NCBI GenBank assembly: GCA_035084275.1
Contig: CM068749.1
Coordinates: forward strand, 17,546,001-17,610,000
DNA length: 64,000 nt
Source: Hydrolagus colliei
Lineage: Eukaryota
Direction: 5' to 3'
Below the pieces are notes generated by a model. That model was not told where the DNA came from and did no database searches. It worked only from the letters and a program-made list of their open reading frames with translations. The translations under genes were made by a program, and so were the position numbers. Below, one piece after another: positions 27,076 through 38,775 of the stretch; the first letter of the stretch is position 1; each line of letters starts with the position of its first letter.

Positions 27076-27949
27076 TTAAAGGGAGTAGTTTCTAAGCCTG
27101 GTTAACCGTAAAAACTTTAGAAGATCAGCGTTAAACACAGGAAAGTCACACGACACAGTGCAGCACACACACAAAAAAAATCAAAGATACCATTAGAGCT
27201 ATGCAGCAGGCAAATGTAATGTAGAGGTGATACTGATCAGGGCCATCAGCACAAGTAAAACCCATTAAACTATCCAAATGCGATTGAAAAGGAATCTCAC
27301 TCAAGGAGCAGTATGAAGATGAGATTTGTTTCCTTCCTGCAGTTTTCGAACGTGCCAATCGGGTATGGTGTGGTAGTTTCTCACCTCAGGTTGACCTGAA
27401 TTAGATATCATCCGCACAAACAGAACTGGGCAGAAATGAGCACTGAACAATACCAGAAGGCCAATCCACAAATGACGTCACTTTTGTGTTTAATTTTGTT
27501 TTGGCGTTTCTCAACCATATCAGTCATCAGTTAAAATTCATACTTATTTTGGCAGGAACTTATGGCATTTTCCACATTTTTTTGTTGAAGTTGGTTCACG
27601 GCCAAGTTTTTGAATGAAACACCAAAACAAAAAAATCCTTTTGAGTGGTATGTCCTAACTCGTCAAATTGACTCACTTTGTAGGTTGCTGCACACTCAGA
27701 CTTATTATTATTATTGATTCGGCCAAGTTTCTGACACATGCTCTGTGTTTAAGAGTTTCCAAAACAAACGACTGAGTGCTCTACACACATTTAGTTTCTG
27801 TTTGTCTGGTATGGAGTGCACACTCCCCAGAGAGATACACCCTATTTACTTAATCCCAGAGAGCAAGGCACATTTTAGCAAAAGGTACACTTAAGGGGGG
27901 CTTGAGAGTTTGCTTTGGGGGCATCGCTGGAGTTCAACTAACTGAAACT

Positions 27950-28170
27950 ACGCAGGGATGTCTGAGAGAGGACTTTATAAAGGAATATAAGATTTGAAAT
28001 GGAGAAGGTAAATCCAGAATAATACTTCCAGACACAACAGCAGCAGAATAAGAGGATACAAGTTCAGGATTACAAAAGGGCAGATAACACCAGGAAGTAT
28101 TTCTTTACCCAGAGGATAATTAATAACTGGAATGAGTTGCTAGGAAAAGTGGGCGAGGTAAAATTAGGCA
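27950..28170 (+). mobile_element. CR1 LINE ORF2 C-terminal relic
   Basis: Remnant of LRxDxI.YKI ... RGYKF ... RKYFFTQRIINNWNEL. Confidence 0.8.
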
Positions 28171-30248
28171 ACGTGAAACCTCTGGCGTGTGGAAGAGTTA
28201 TGGATGTTTAATTAGAACTTCCATTTACCGCCTAGTGGTGCAAGTGTTCGAAGCAGTTCACAAAGACATTGCAGAAAAAAGTAATTAAGGCACTTAAATT
28301 ATGCTGGAAGCTAATTAAACAGGGAAATCTACAATTTTCCGCTGCATCTGAGGCTCACTGAACACAGGGGCATTTAATCACGATCTGAGTAGGTGTAAGT
28401 CTACTAACTGTGTGCAGAGTGCTGCAACTTGGCAGACAGTACAGTGCAATGAATTTTGTATTAGGCAATGGTGTGTGCTCTCGATTGTAGCTGTCATTGC
28501 ATCATCCCATGAGGGGACAGAGGGAGCATAGGAAGAGAGGTTAGAGAGTCACAAGTGGTGGACTGTCCACACTAGGACCATATCAAGGGAAAGCCCCTTC
28601 ACACTCTCAGACTATCCAATACGAAGCTCACCATTTCTGGCTCCCCTCATCCTGGCAGTGAATTTATAGATTAATGATGGGATTACTGATGTCAGATGAC
28701 ACCACAGCAGATGTCACTACACCACAGCGTTGAGCAGGAAGCACAGTGATTTTGCCAAATGCAGACTAAACGACGAATTAAAAAGGGTATGAATAGGCTT
28801 TCAGCATTGATAAAAAAAAACTTTTCAGCATATTCCACATGTGTATCTAAACTCCTTTTTTCGTCTTTTTTCATATAAAATAGCAAACAAAAGAAATAAT
28901 CCATCAAACTCTGTTTTACCTACATCAATGTGCTTAGCAATATCAGATTGGTTGTTTTCTTTGCAGATAAAATGACCGCTCAGTTTACCAGGACAGCACC
29001 AGTGGTCAGATTCAAGGTCCTTATCCAGATAGGATCATCATACTGATTAGAGCAGTGCTTTCTTTGGACTACAGTATATTGTTTTGTCCTGTCCTAAGAA
29101 TCTATTAAATCTAATTTTACTGGATAACTTTGCTGTTAGCATACTCAGGCCAGTTCTAATAGTGGTCAAGGACAAACCACATTATACTCTGACAGCAAAC
29201 CTCAGCAGCACCAATGTCAGAAAGAGCTCCCTAGCTCACAGCAAAATTGCCGCCTCTCAAAGCATCGAGGCTTATGAGCTCTGAGAGCAAACTTGTCACA
29301 TTAGTCCTAATTGGACTGAATTTAAGGGCAGTTTTGTGCCTCTACTGTATGACTGTAAGGGGGAAACCGCATGGCAACATTCAGACACAATGGAGTATAC
29401 TGGGTTCCTTCACCGGCCAGAACTGCTTTGTCTCAGCTCAGCATTGGGACGTCCTCCCGATGTAAAAAGTGCTTGACAAATGTAATTTTTTTTATTGTTG
29501 TATTGTTGTTGTAAAATTCATCAATGCTGCAATTCTACCACTGATAAGTGACGTTAAGTGAAAATGCACAGTTCTAAAAAAAAATGTTAGATCTCACCCC
29601 ATTTTCCAGGCAGCGTAGATTGCAGTGACAGACACAACAGCCTCTCTGTCACATCTGCCGCTCCAGAGGCAGGGATGGAGGAAAGAGAAATTGTCCGGAT
29701 TAGGGAATCAATTTCCTAATTATTTTAGTACAAATAGGAGGCATTTTGGTCATCAAACCTGCATTTAGCAATGGCCCTTCTTCAGCTTGATCTAGATTTG
29801 AATTGCACTGTGTTTATAGAGTCACTCATTTGGACAAAGGATCCTTCGGATTTGACCCAAACTCGATTAATTTATATCAGTTACATGCTGCAGGTTTCAA
29901 TGTTTTGAAAACTTACATAAAAGTTTTGAAAAGATAATTTCTGAACAACATAGCAGGTCTTGGTAAACAATTTGGTGTCTTATAACAATATGTTACTTTT
30001 TCCACAGACAATATATCCCATGCATCTAAACAGAATGTGCAACAAATCAGCTTGATTAATAATGGATAAATCACCAAATTGCCACTATACCCTGTGTAAT
30101 GTTTAGGATGGTTGGCATTAACCACCATGTGCACAACAATGTAAACAATAAAATATTAATAACTAGTTCTCATTTGTCGAGTTGGACAGTTATCCGTAAA
30201 CTCTTCTTCTTGAAAATGAATTTCTTCATGAAACTTACTGTTACTTTT

Positions 30249-30450
30249 AATAATAATAAACCTTGCATTTGATATAGCGTTTCTCATGTTTTCTAGACGT
30301 CTCAAAGCGGTTCACAGGATATACTGTGAAGATAATTTACTGTACGACTGTGGGAGAAACGTGGAAATATACTGTGGGAGAAACACGGTAGCCAATTACG
30401 CACAGCAGTGTCCCACAAATGGTTGTGGACTGAGACGGCCAATTTATTAA
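30249..30450 (-). mobile_element. 5'-truncated SINE
   Basis: Family tail and body in reverse orientation. Confidence 0.85.
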
Positions 30451-32853
30451 TCTTAAAGGGCCACGGCAGCCTGGACACAAGAGAAGTATCCTAGAGGTGG
30501 GTTTCATTTCACACCAGTAGCCACACACCAAAAACACTTTTTGAAAAGCCTTTATTTAATAGTGTTATAAAATTCCAGCAGTACAGTAGTCTCCTTTGAA
30601 TTTCTGCTGATTGAAAGGAGTTGACTATGCTGTCAGTTCTTCTTGATCCTACTAAAATGATCTAAGCCAGAGACCAGAAAGCACAGTTCCATACATCTAT
30701 TTGAGTCATCAGAGAAAAGCTCTGCATCCAGCAATCCACAGGGATTCAAGGGGCAGTGAAACTACCACTCCTCAACTGCATAGAGGCCAATATTGTTTGT
30801 AATGCACTGAAACAGGCAGCATAAATAACATTATCCTGAGGTGCAGAAGAGAATGCGGGCCAATTTGTTACTGAATAACTCATAGAATTTCATGGGATTA
30901 AGTTATGCTGAGTAACCTAGAAACCAACTGTTATTTTATTACTGCATTATTAATACGCTCCATTTGTAACAAATTAATGATTCAAAAGTGAAACAATCCC
31001 TAAACCACATCAAACAGAAGTGCGCAGAACAGAATTTAAAAAAATGTCTATACATCAGAAAACAATAATGCAAGGAGTTCATATGAGTAATTGCATATTA
31101 GGGCTTCCAGTGGTAGATATCCTTCAAGTGCATTCAAAGTTTGCCAAAACAATTCTCAACTTTCATTATAATTCAGCAGAGGGGATCAGCATTGCTGGCG
31201 TTAGTCCATAGCAAGGCTGCACCTTTTAAATACTGTGCGTATTCATCACAATGTCAATTTTCTTGCTTTTATAAGAAACGATTGAAGCAGAATTCAGTAA
31301 AACCAATCACTGTCAACAAGTCATCCAAGTGCACAAATGCAATATGAAACAACTTTGAACATATTTGGTGGGTTGCGAAATACACAGTAAATTCTTAAAC
31401 TGAGATGGAAAACGATGGAAACGGCTTTCTCAGACTCAATCATTAACCATTTGTCCAGTCACTGTAATGATTAATTCGATGCAAGTTTAAAGGAGAGGAA
31501 AAAACAACAAAATAACAAAACAACGTAAGTACATATGTAGAACACCGTTCACATTCGGGAGAATGTCCCAAGATGCTGAAAAAGCAGCTCCTAAAATATG
31601 TTTGGTTTCAGTCACAGATGATTTAAGCGCTCTGAGATGCCGTCCGGCATGGAGGGCGCTATGTAAATCGAAGTTGCTGTTGTTGTTGAATCATATTGGA
31701 AGAAACCCTTTGAAACTGAGAACCATAATCTGCATTATAACAAATGTTGCATGAAAGAATGAAATAATTCCTACTCGAAAAATGAAAGGACTTAAATGGA
31801 CCAAAAATTGAATTGCTTTTTTTTAGCTCAGCTAATACAAACTCTGGATGTTTTAAATCTGTTGCCGTGCAAACTCTCATATTTCAGAAATTTCACTTAC
31901 ACTTGCATCTCAATTTATTGTAAGTGACGTGATTATCGGGAGTGTGTACACATGTATGTATAAAGGTTTTGATTTAAATACGTTTTAATTGTACAGCTTG
32001 CTTCTATTTATTCTCTGTCTTCACAGAATTGTGATAATTTGCACAATTTACATAACATTGTCCTGTTGAGATGCAGAAGTGAATGTGATGATGTGATTAC
32101 AACTGAATAAGTGCTGCTGTCTCATGGAATTTTCTCATGTTGGCCGGCCTACGAACCAACATTTTCACTATGGGCCCTTTGTTTCTTTCCCATATTTCCT
32201 TCTCCCTTTTTTGCTTCCCTTTGATCCTTTTTTGCTGCCCTGGAAATTGCTTTCCTCAAACATAACACCCTTGAAAACCAGAGAGGCAAGGAATTTAAGA
32301 AAACTAATTAAAATTGAAAGTTAACACAAACTCGGGTGGAACGAGTGAAGTTGCATTAAAAGGCCTATTGTCTCCATGGAAAAGTGCTGGAGTATGTGTT
32401 TTCCTCACCAAAACTCCACACCGCAATGCAAATCAAGCTAAAAAACATCATTGTTATCACAATACTTTCATGTGATGTAAATGATGCCCGGCTAATCTCA
32501 AAGTGTGTCAAACACTTTCTTATGAAGCCATAGTCACTGGATTTCTTTGCAATTATAACAATAATAATAATTCTTCTATTTGATATAGCGCCTTATCATG
32601 TCTTCAAGCCGTCCCAAAGTGCTTCACAGAATATACTGTAACGTGAATTGACTTTCACTTTGAATTGACTTTCACTTTGTGATGCAATTTATAACTGAAT
32701 AAATGTTGCTGTCTCATGGAATTTTCTCATGTTGGCTGTCCTGGGAAAACAACATTGTCACAATGGGCCCTTTGTTTCCTTCCCATATTTACTTTTGGTA
32801 AATATAGTACAGGAAAGTACATAAATAATATAGAATTGAACTTTATGTAGTTA

Positions 32854-33296
32854 TTCAAGATCCTCGTCCTCATTTTCAAGATCATTCCCCCGCCTATCTT
32901 TCCGACCTACTGTCTCCCCTATCAGCCTGCCCATCCCCTCCAGTGGGCTCTGGCCTGCACCATGTCCACCCCCCCTCCCCTCCCCCCCGAACCACCCTCC
33001 CATCAGTAGCCAGACTTTCAGCCTCTCTGCCCCCACACTCTGGAACTCCATCCCGCAATCCCTTTGCCTCGCTTCCTCCCTTTCCTCCTTCAAGCCCGGT
33101 CTCAAGACCTTCCTCTTTGACTTTGCTTTCTGCTGCCCTCCTAACTCTTCTCCCCTTTCCCACTCCCCGTCCCCCTGCCCCTACCCCGACCCTTCCCCCA
33201 CTGTTCGGGTCCCGATCTAATTGTTCAGCGCCTTGGGATGCCTTCCCAATGTGAAAGGCACTCTATAAATTTAATTTTGTTGTTGCTGTTGTTGTT
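32854..33296 (+). mobile_element. L2 LINE 3' fragment with C-rich 3' UTR and tail
   Basis: FKILVL..SAPTLWNSIPQSL..FKPGLKTFLF remnant, then gttcagcgccttgggatgcc...gtgaaaggcactctataaat(ttg)n. Confidence 0.9.
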
Positions 33297-34509
33297 ATTT
33301 TTAAATTCTATCTGTTTTCTCCCATCTCCACGGTTGTGGAGATGGGATACCTGGTAGGTATCTGCTTGTAGGTATATGTCTAATCTGACATAGAATAACA
33401 ATTTGCCTTTATATAGCTCCCCTCAGGCTGGATAGGGTGCCTCTAGTGTGGCATAGGAAAGCTCTCATCTTCCTCAGCTCGGGGTTTGATCTCAGCCTCT
33501 TGAATTTTGCGTTTTCAACAGCACTGATAATCCAAACACTCATCCCAATTTCAAAATAATGTTTATTTTTATTTGCTACAGAGTAGCATGCTAAAGGCAG
33601 CTTTTGTTGGCACAACCTCCTCTGAAAATTTAAATTTGATTTGGCTAATCCCAGGAAGATCCAAGATAATTTAGCAGAAATTGCCTCACAATTAGAGTCA
33701 TCTAAAGTACTATATTTATTTTGGCCAAAGGGCCTCCAATCCCTGTATTTGTAAATCTGATGAAAGCAAAATTTTTGATGTAAACAATTCTTGAAATGAT
33801 CCCAACTTGTGGCAGATGTAGTCAATGCTTGTTTAATTACTGTTGTATGAATAATTACTGAGTTCACAGATTAGCCTGACATTCTAATGCAGTACAGTAC
33901 TGAGAAATTATTTCAGTGGCAACATTTGGATGACACAGTAAACCTGGGTTCTGTCTGCTGAGACCCAGAGAGAGTGAGAGCTCTGCAGCTATAGAGAGAA
34001 TGATAGGTCTCTGCACTTTGTCCACACAGAATGGAACAACAGTTAATGGACTGAGTCTGAAGGGGCTGGGGGGTGGTGGGTTGGGGATAGGGGGGCTTGG
34101 GGACACACAAATCTGTGCCGTGATGTTGGGGCACTTCAGGCTCTGCTTATTCCATAATCTTGCTACCTCTCCATTCTTCCAAAATACTGCAGTACAAGAT
34201 TCCTTTCAAGCACACATCAATGTACTATTAAATTTAGTAAATTGTAAAAGGTCCAAAAAGAACCATGGGAGAAAAGTAATATTTACAACTGAAACAACTG
34301 AGCTGAGAAAAAACAGGAGGATTAAAGTCCCTGTGTGTAGACATCAGAGGATCCTGCAAAGACCTGAATAATTGGATAATACTCGTCTTTGTACAGTGAC
34401 AGCCAAGAGAGTGGGAATTTTTCACTGCCAGAAACTTCACTGTAATTGAAGGCTTTGTTTTTGTAAGCCGATCGATAAATGCTTGCGAGCTATTATGAAG
34501 TTTTATTAC

Positions 34510-34637
34510 CTTTTGTATCCAGGTCAGCAGGCACTTTTGATGAGCGACTAAACTCTTGCAGTCACAATACTGCAGCAGGGAGTCCAGATCTGTCATCTCT
34601 ACTACATCACGGCAGATGAAGCATTCAAGAGGAACAT
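34510..34637 (-). CDS. Internal coding exon, N-terminal part of a RING-CH (RINGv, C4HC3) zinc finger; MARCH-like E3 ubiquitin ligase
   Basis: Minus strand reads ttacttttattttag|AT GTT CCT CTT GAA TGC TTC ATC TGC ... TGG ATA CAA AAG|gtaata. 128 nt, phase 1 to 0. Translates (D)VPLECFICRDVVEMTDLDSLLQYCDCKSLVAHQKCLLTWIQK, containing CxxC, CxC, HxxC and the RINGv 'CL..W' motif. Confidence 0.92.
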
Positions 34638-34974
34638 CTAAAATAAAAGTAATTAAATTTAAAAAAAACTATAATGATACAGTATCACGAACAACTGGAA
34701 TCAAATTAGCTGAACAACGAGGCACTTATCTCATATGCAAATAGATTTGTGTAAATAGTCTGATGTCTTGTAAAATACAAATGCATATATAATTTTGTTG
34801 GTTGGAAACCTGCTTGTTTTTCCTGGAATCTAGGTTTGTGTGATATCGCACCAAACTTTTATTTAGTTACACAGGCACAGCACCATCTTTACAAATTAAT
34901 TTGAAATTGTGTGTTTGTGTGTTTATTAATAATGATAATAATAATCAAAATAATTATAATTTTTTAAAAAATAA

Positions 34975-35145
34975 TCATAATAATCCTTACGTTTGATATA
35001 GTACCTGATCACATCATTAAGAAGTCTCAATACGCTTCACAAGATATTAATGTGAACTGTAGTGACTGCGCATTTGTGAGAGAACACAGCAGTCAATTTG
35101 TACTCAGCACTGTTTCACAAATAGCAATGCAATGAATGTCCAGTT
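34975..35145 (-). mobile_element. 5'-truncated SINE
   Basis: Diverged family tail and body in reverse orientation. Confidence 0.75.
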
Positions 35146-35892
35146 TTTTTTTAGCAATCTCCGTATCTCTTTCAAGTAATTATGAGGAGGACTATTCTCT
35201 AGGCTTGGAAATAGAGCTACCTGATATAGATGCCATAAAATAATCAACTTGCGTTGTAGAACATTATTCACATAGAATAACATTTTGAAGTGCTTTTAAA
35301 AGGCCACTGTGGTACCCAAAGCAAGATGGAAAATAGTGTAGGGGAAGGAAACAAAAGGCCCATTCTAAGATTAGATGCAATACTGATTATAATGGTGATT
35401 TATTGTGTAGCCATCAGAATACTGTACATATTTATTTTGGACCAGATATGATATGAACCATTTACCATATTACCATAGGGATGGTCTGATAAGGCAACAT
35501 GAAATGCATATTTGCCCGTCATTGATGAGAATGAGTGCTTAGCTTACGGAATTTGTCCTGGTGAAGGCAGACACTGTTCGAGTAGTCCAATTCTGTAGCA
35601 TATTGGCAGTATACAAAGGTTTATGCCAAAATGGTTTGCCCTCTTGATGCTAAACAGGATGAATAGCTGATCTTTGCAGCACTGTCTGGGTGAGATGTCA
35701 TGTCAAGGACAAATCTTTCCCCAAAGCTATAGAAGCAATCAGCCAGTGAACCAACCAGCCACATTCATAGCTTCCAGTAAACAGGTGGGAGCAGGTCACC
35801 TGTGTACCCCCTCTGCCATAGCTTGAATCAAGGACCTAAGGTAGAGAGGAGCTGGAATTAATAAGGGAAAATTAGATGTAATCATTGCCCAA

Positions 35893-36240
35893 TGCCCTAG
35901 TGGGTAAACACTTTGCTTGACGTGGGACTGAGCCAAAAGATCAGGAAGTTCCTGGGTTCGATCCCTATGCTGAGTTAGCTTATCTCACAGTGACTGACAC
36001 TGACAGGCTGACAGTGGGGGGCCACAATTGGCCTCAGCATCACCAGTGACCTCTCCTGTTGTGAGGATCTGGTGAGGATAGAATCAACCTCAGCTATAAT
36101 GACTTCCAAGGTTAAATAGCTGCCATCGCTCACTGTCGAGTCTCACAGTGAAGAATGGGAATGGGTGAGAGAGACCAGTGGGTTGCTTGCAACTTACCCC
36201 AGTATGAGTCACCACCAAGGGGAAATGAAGAGCAGAAAAA
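35893..36240 (+). mobile_element. Ancient tRNA-derived SINE relic, AmnSINE2-like
   Basis: B-box gggttcgatccc, then tgctgagttagc, acaattggcctcagc, gtgaagaatgg and taccccagtatgagtca. Colinear with 19525-19885 and 26808-27075. The family name is from recalled consensus, not from an alignment. Confidence 0.65.
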
Positions 36241-36769
36241 GAGATGAAACATTTCAATGGTTACATTTCCTACACTGATGTCATGAGGAGGCTGTTAATA
36301 TTAGAGCAGCTATTCTGACATCATAAAAAAGGGGATATTTTATCATTGAAGACAGTGAAATATCAGGTTTGTTTCACTGAGAAAATATCATCAGTCACAG
36401 TATTTCACATTAATAAATTACACGATTGCCACAGAATACGATTAATCAATCAGGACTTTACACTTTGCAGGATTTTGTATTTATATGAACAAAATGACAC
36501 AGCACTCGAGTAGGATATGATAGGAAATCTGACTGTGTGTAATCAAGGCTTCAAACTCTTTCATCCAAGCGAAAAAGTTTTCACTCAACAGGAATTTTAA
36601 TTTAAAAAGAACATCAACAGGAACAAATAAAATGGATGTAGGAAAAACAGTTTCAATTCTTTCAGTTTCTGTTTGTACAAAGATTTTTCAACGACACTTT
36701 ATGGTGCATGTTTATGAATCATGGAGAAAGGAAGCTATTTGTCCTGTAGTTTGGCCATTGGGATAGCTC

Positions 36770-36942
36770 GTGCCTTCTGCTGCCCTCCCAACTCTCTCCC
36801 TCCCTTCCTAACTCTCTTTCTCCCCTTCCCACTACCCTGCCCTTTCCCCCTGCTTGGGTCCCGACCTGACTGCTCAGCGCTTTGAGACATCCTCCCGACG
36901 TGAAAAGCGCTCTATCAATCTAATTTTGTTGTTGTTGTTATT
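36770..36942 (+). mobile_element. L2 3' UTR/tail fragment
   Basis: C-rich tract, then ctcagcgctttgagacatcctcccgacgtgaaaagcgctctatc..(ttg)n. Homologous to 33120-33296. Confidence 0.85.
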
Positions 36943-38039
36943 GTGGGATTGACCTGTCAACACCTTTTCCTAGTCGTATTTTAGGTGGTCTTTTGGGAGT
37001 CCGAGAATCTAGAACTGCAGCTTAATATTCTCTGAGTAACTCACTTTAAGCCTCAGGACTAGTGTGACTATGGATCATCTTAGTCCATAGACCTCTAATC
37101 ATGTACGACTTTGTTCTAACAGCCTGTCTTAACCTATCTTCCTTGGATATATAGATCTGCATTTCCGCCACTTACTGATTACATAGGGATTGTCACCATC
37201 TTTGCTTTGGACCAAACGGTAGAAGATTGGAAACATTGTAAACTCTTGTCATTGGTAGAGGTGTCCTTTGCAGGCATTCTTTGTAACAACCGGGAGAAAA
37301 TAGCATGATGATCACGGCTATCATTCACTTGATAATGTCAAATTCTTATTGCTTTGCTATACTGCATCAGCTTTTCAGCTTGCTCTCCCAGATCGAGCAC
37401 CAGGGATAGCATTTCCTGCACTTCTAGTGGACCAAACGTTACCCCAATTCTTCAAACACAATTGCTTGTACTGTACCTTGAGAGCTGTCAGTGTAACAGC
37501 AGAGAATGTACACATGTCCTGTAACAGAAACGATGCTCAGTCTATGATTGTACAGGTAGCTTGCAATGTCATAAAATGTCAACACAGATTGATCTGCCAG
37601 TTACCCAGGCAGCAGCCACAACTCTTTCATTCTTATTCTTTCCCAGCTGCGCAAGAGATTTAATAGAAGCTGGTGAATCAAGGATTGCTGGGTAAGTTAC
37701 AAACTTATTAATAGTGTCCGGCCATCTGTGTTTCGTTTACATAAATGAACATTTCCCCACAATTATACAGTCACTACAGTTAACAGCAATTCCCTGTGAG
37801 AAGTTACAAGGCTAGAGGCACTATATTTTCATGGTGTTGTCACCCTTATGATTACGTCATTCATTTGTATTTGGATCATGGAAACTGGAGGTTCACAACT
37901 CTCGTGTTAATATTGTCCAGGTGGAATCTGCAAATGTTTTATTCTTGCCATCCTGAACTGTGCAGGAAGGCTATGATAATAGGAATGAGTGAAGATCAAC
38001 ACTCCAAGCTTCCTAATCATGCATCCTAATATGGTACAA

Positions 38040-38267
38040 TGGAATTAATTTGTTTTCATGAACAGGGTCATTAAAGATGGAATGCTTTGCCACAAGTATC
38101 TATTGAGGCTGCAGCCATAGCAACAATTTGTGTGAAATTGGACAAACATTTGAAGAGCGAGGGTATGGAGAATGAGCAGAAAATTGGGATAAGAGTGGTT
38201 ACCTCCAGTTGATGGACTTGCACCAGCATAGGCTGTATGTAGCGAATGGCTTTCTCCTATGCTGTAG
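38040..38267 (+). mobile_element. CR1 LINE 3' end
   Basis: FMNRVIKDGMLC / WNALP-like remnant, aattggacaaacatttg, and tail gaatggctttctcctatgctgta. Confidence 0.7.
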
Positions 38268-38401
38268 TTTCTCTGTCTATGTTCCCAGCACACCTCAATC
38301 ATACCAAATAGTGCTGAGACCATTAGGCTAACCATGTCTGTGGACGGGTGCAAGAATCCCAGAAAAGCAGACACCATGCAGGAGCCTTTCTGTACATATA
38401 G

Positions 38402-38775
38402 AGGAGTCCTGTAGAAGTGGTTAGAGTACTTGCCTCGCAATTGAGAGACTGGGTTCGACGCTAGGCAGGGCGAACAATGGGCTAGTTTCCTTAGCCCACA
38501 TAGCTCTATTTACCTGGTAGTAAATAGGAACCCAGTTGTTAGTCAATTGGTAGATCGCTTTTCCGGGAGTAATAAGTCCTTCAAAAGAATAATAATAGTA
38601 ACAGTTTGGTCACTCAATCTCCGACTCTTTGTGGGACACTGCAGTGCATAATTGGCTGCCGCATTTCGCCTACAAAATATACAGTCACTTTACAGTACAT
38701 TCTGTGAAGAACTTAGAGATGTCTTGAAGACCTGATAAGGCACTATATCAAATGCAATAATTATTATTATTATTT
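38402..38775 (+). mobile_element. Near full-length tRNA-headed SINE of the same family
   Basis: Head agtggttagagtac..gggttcgac, body tttgtgggacactgcagtgcataattggctgccgcattt, tail cactatatcaaatgcaa(tta)n. Confidence 0.9.

Noticed and set aside
33409-34371. Cluster of 73-152 aa ORFs
   Set aside because: No domain signatures or consistent splice sites. These are intronic chance ORFs.
34234-34596. 120-aa ORF as a single-exon gene
   Set aside because: Only 34510-34637 is exon. Sequence after the AAG|gt donor is intronic read-through.
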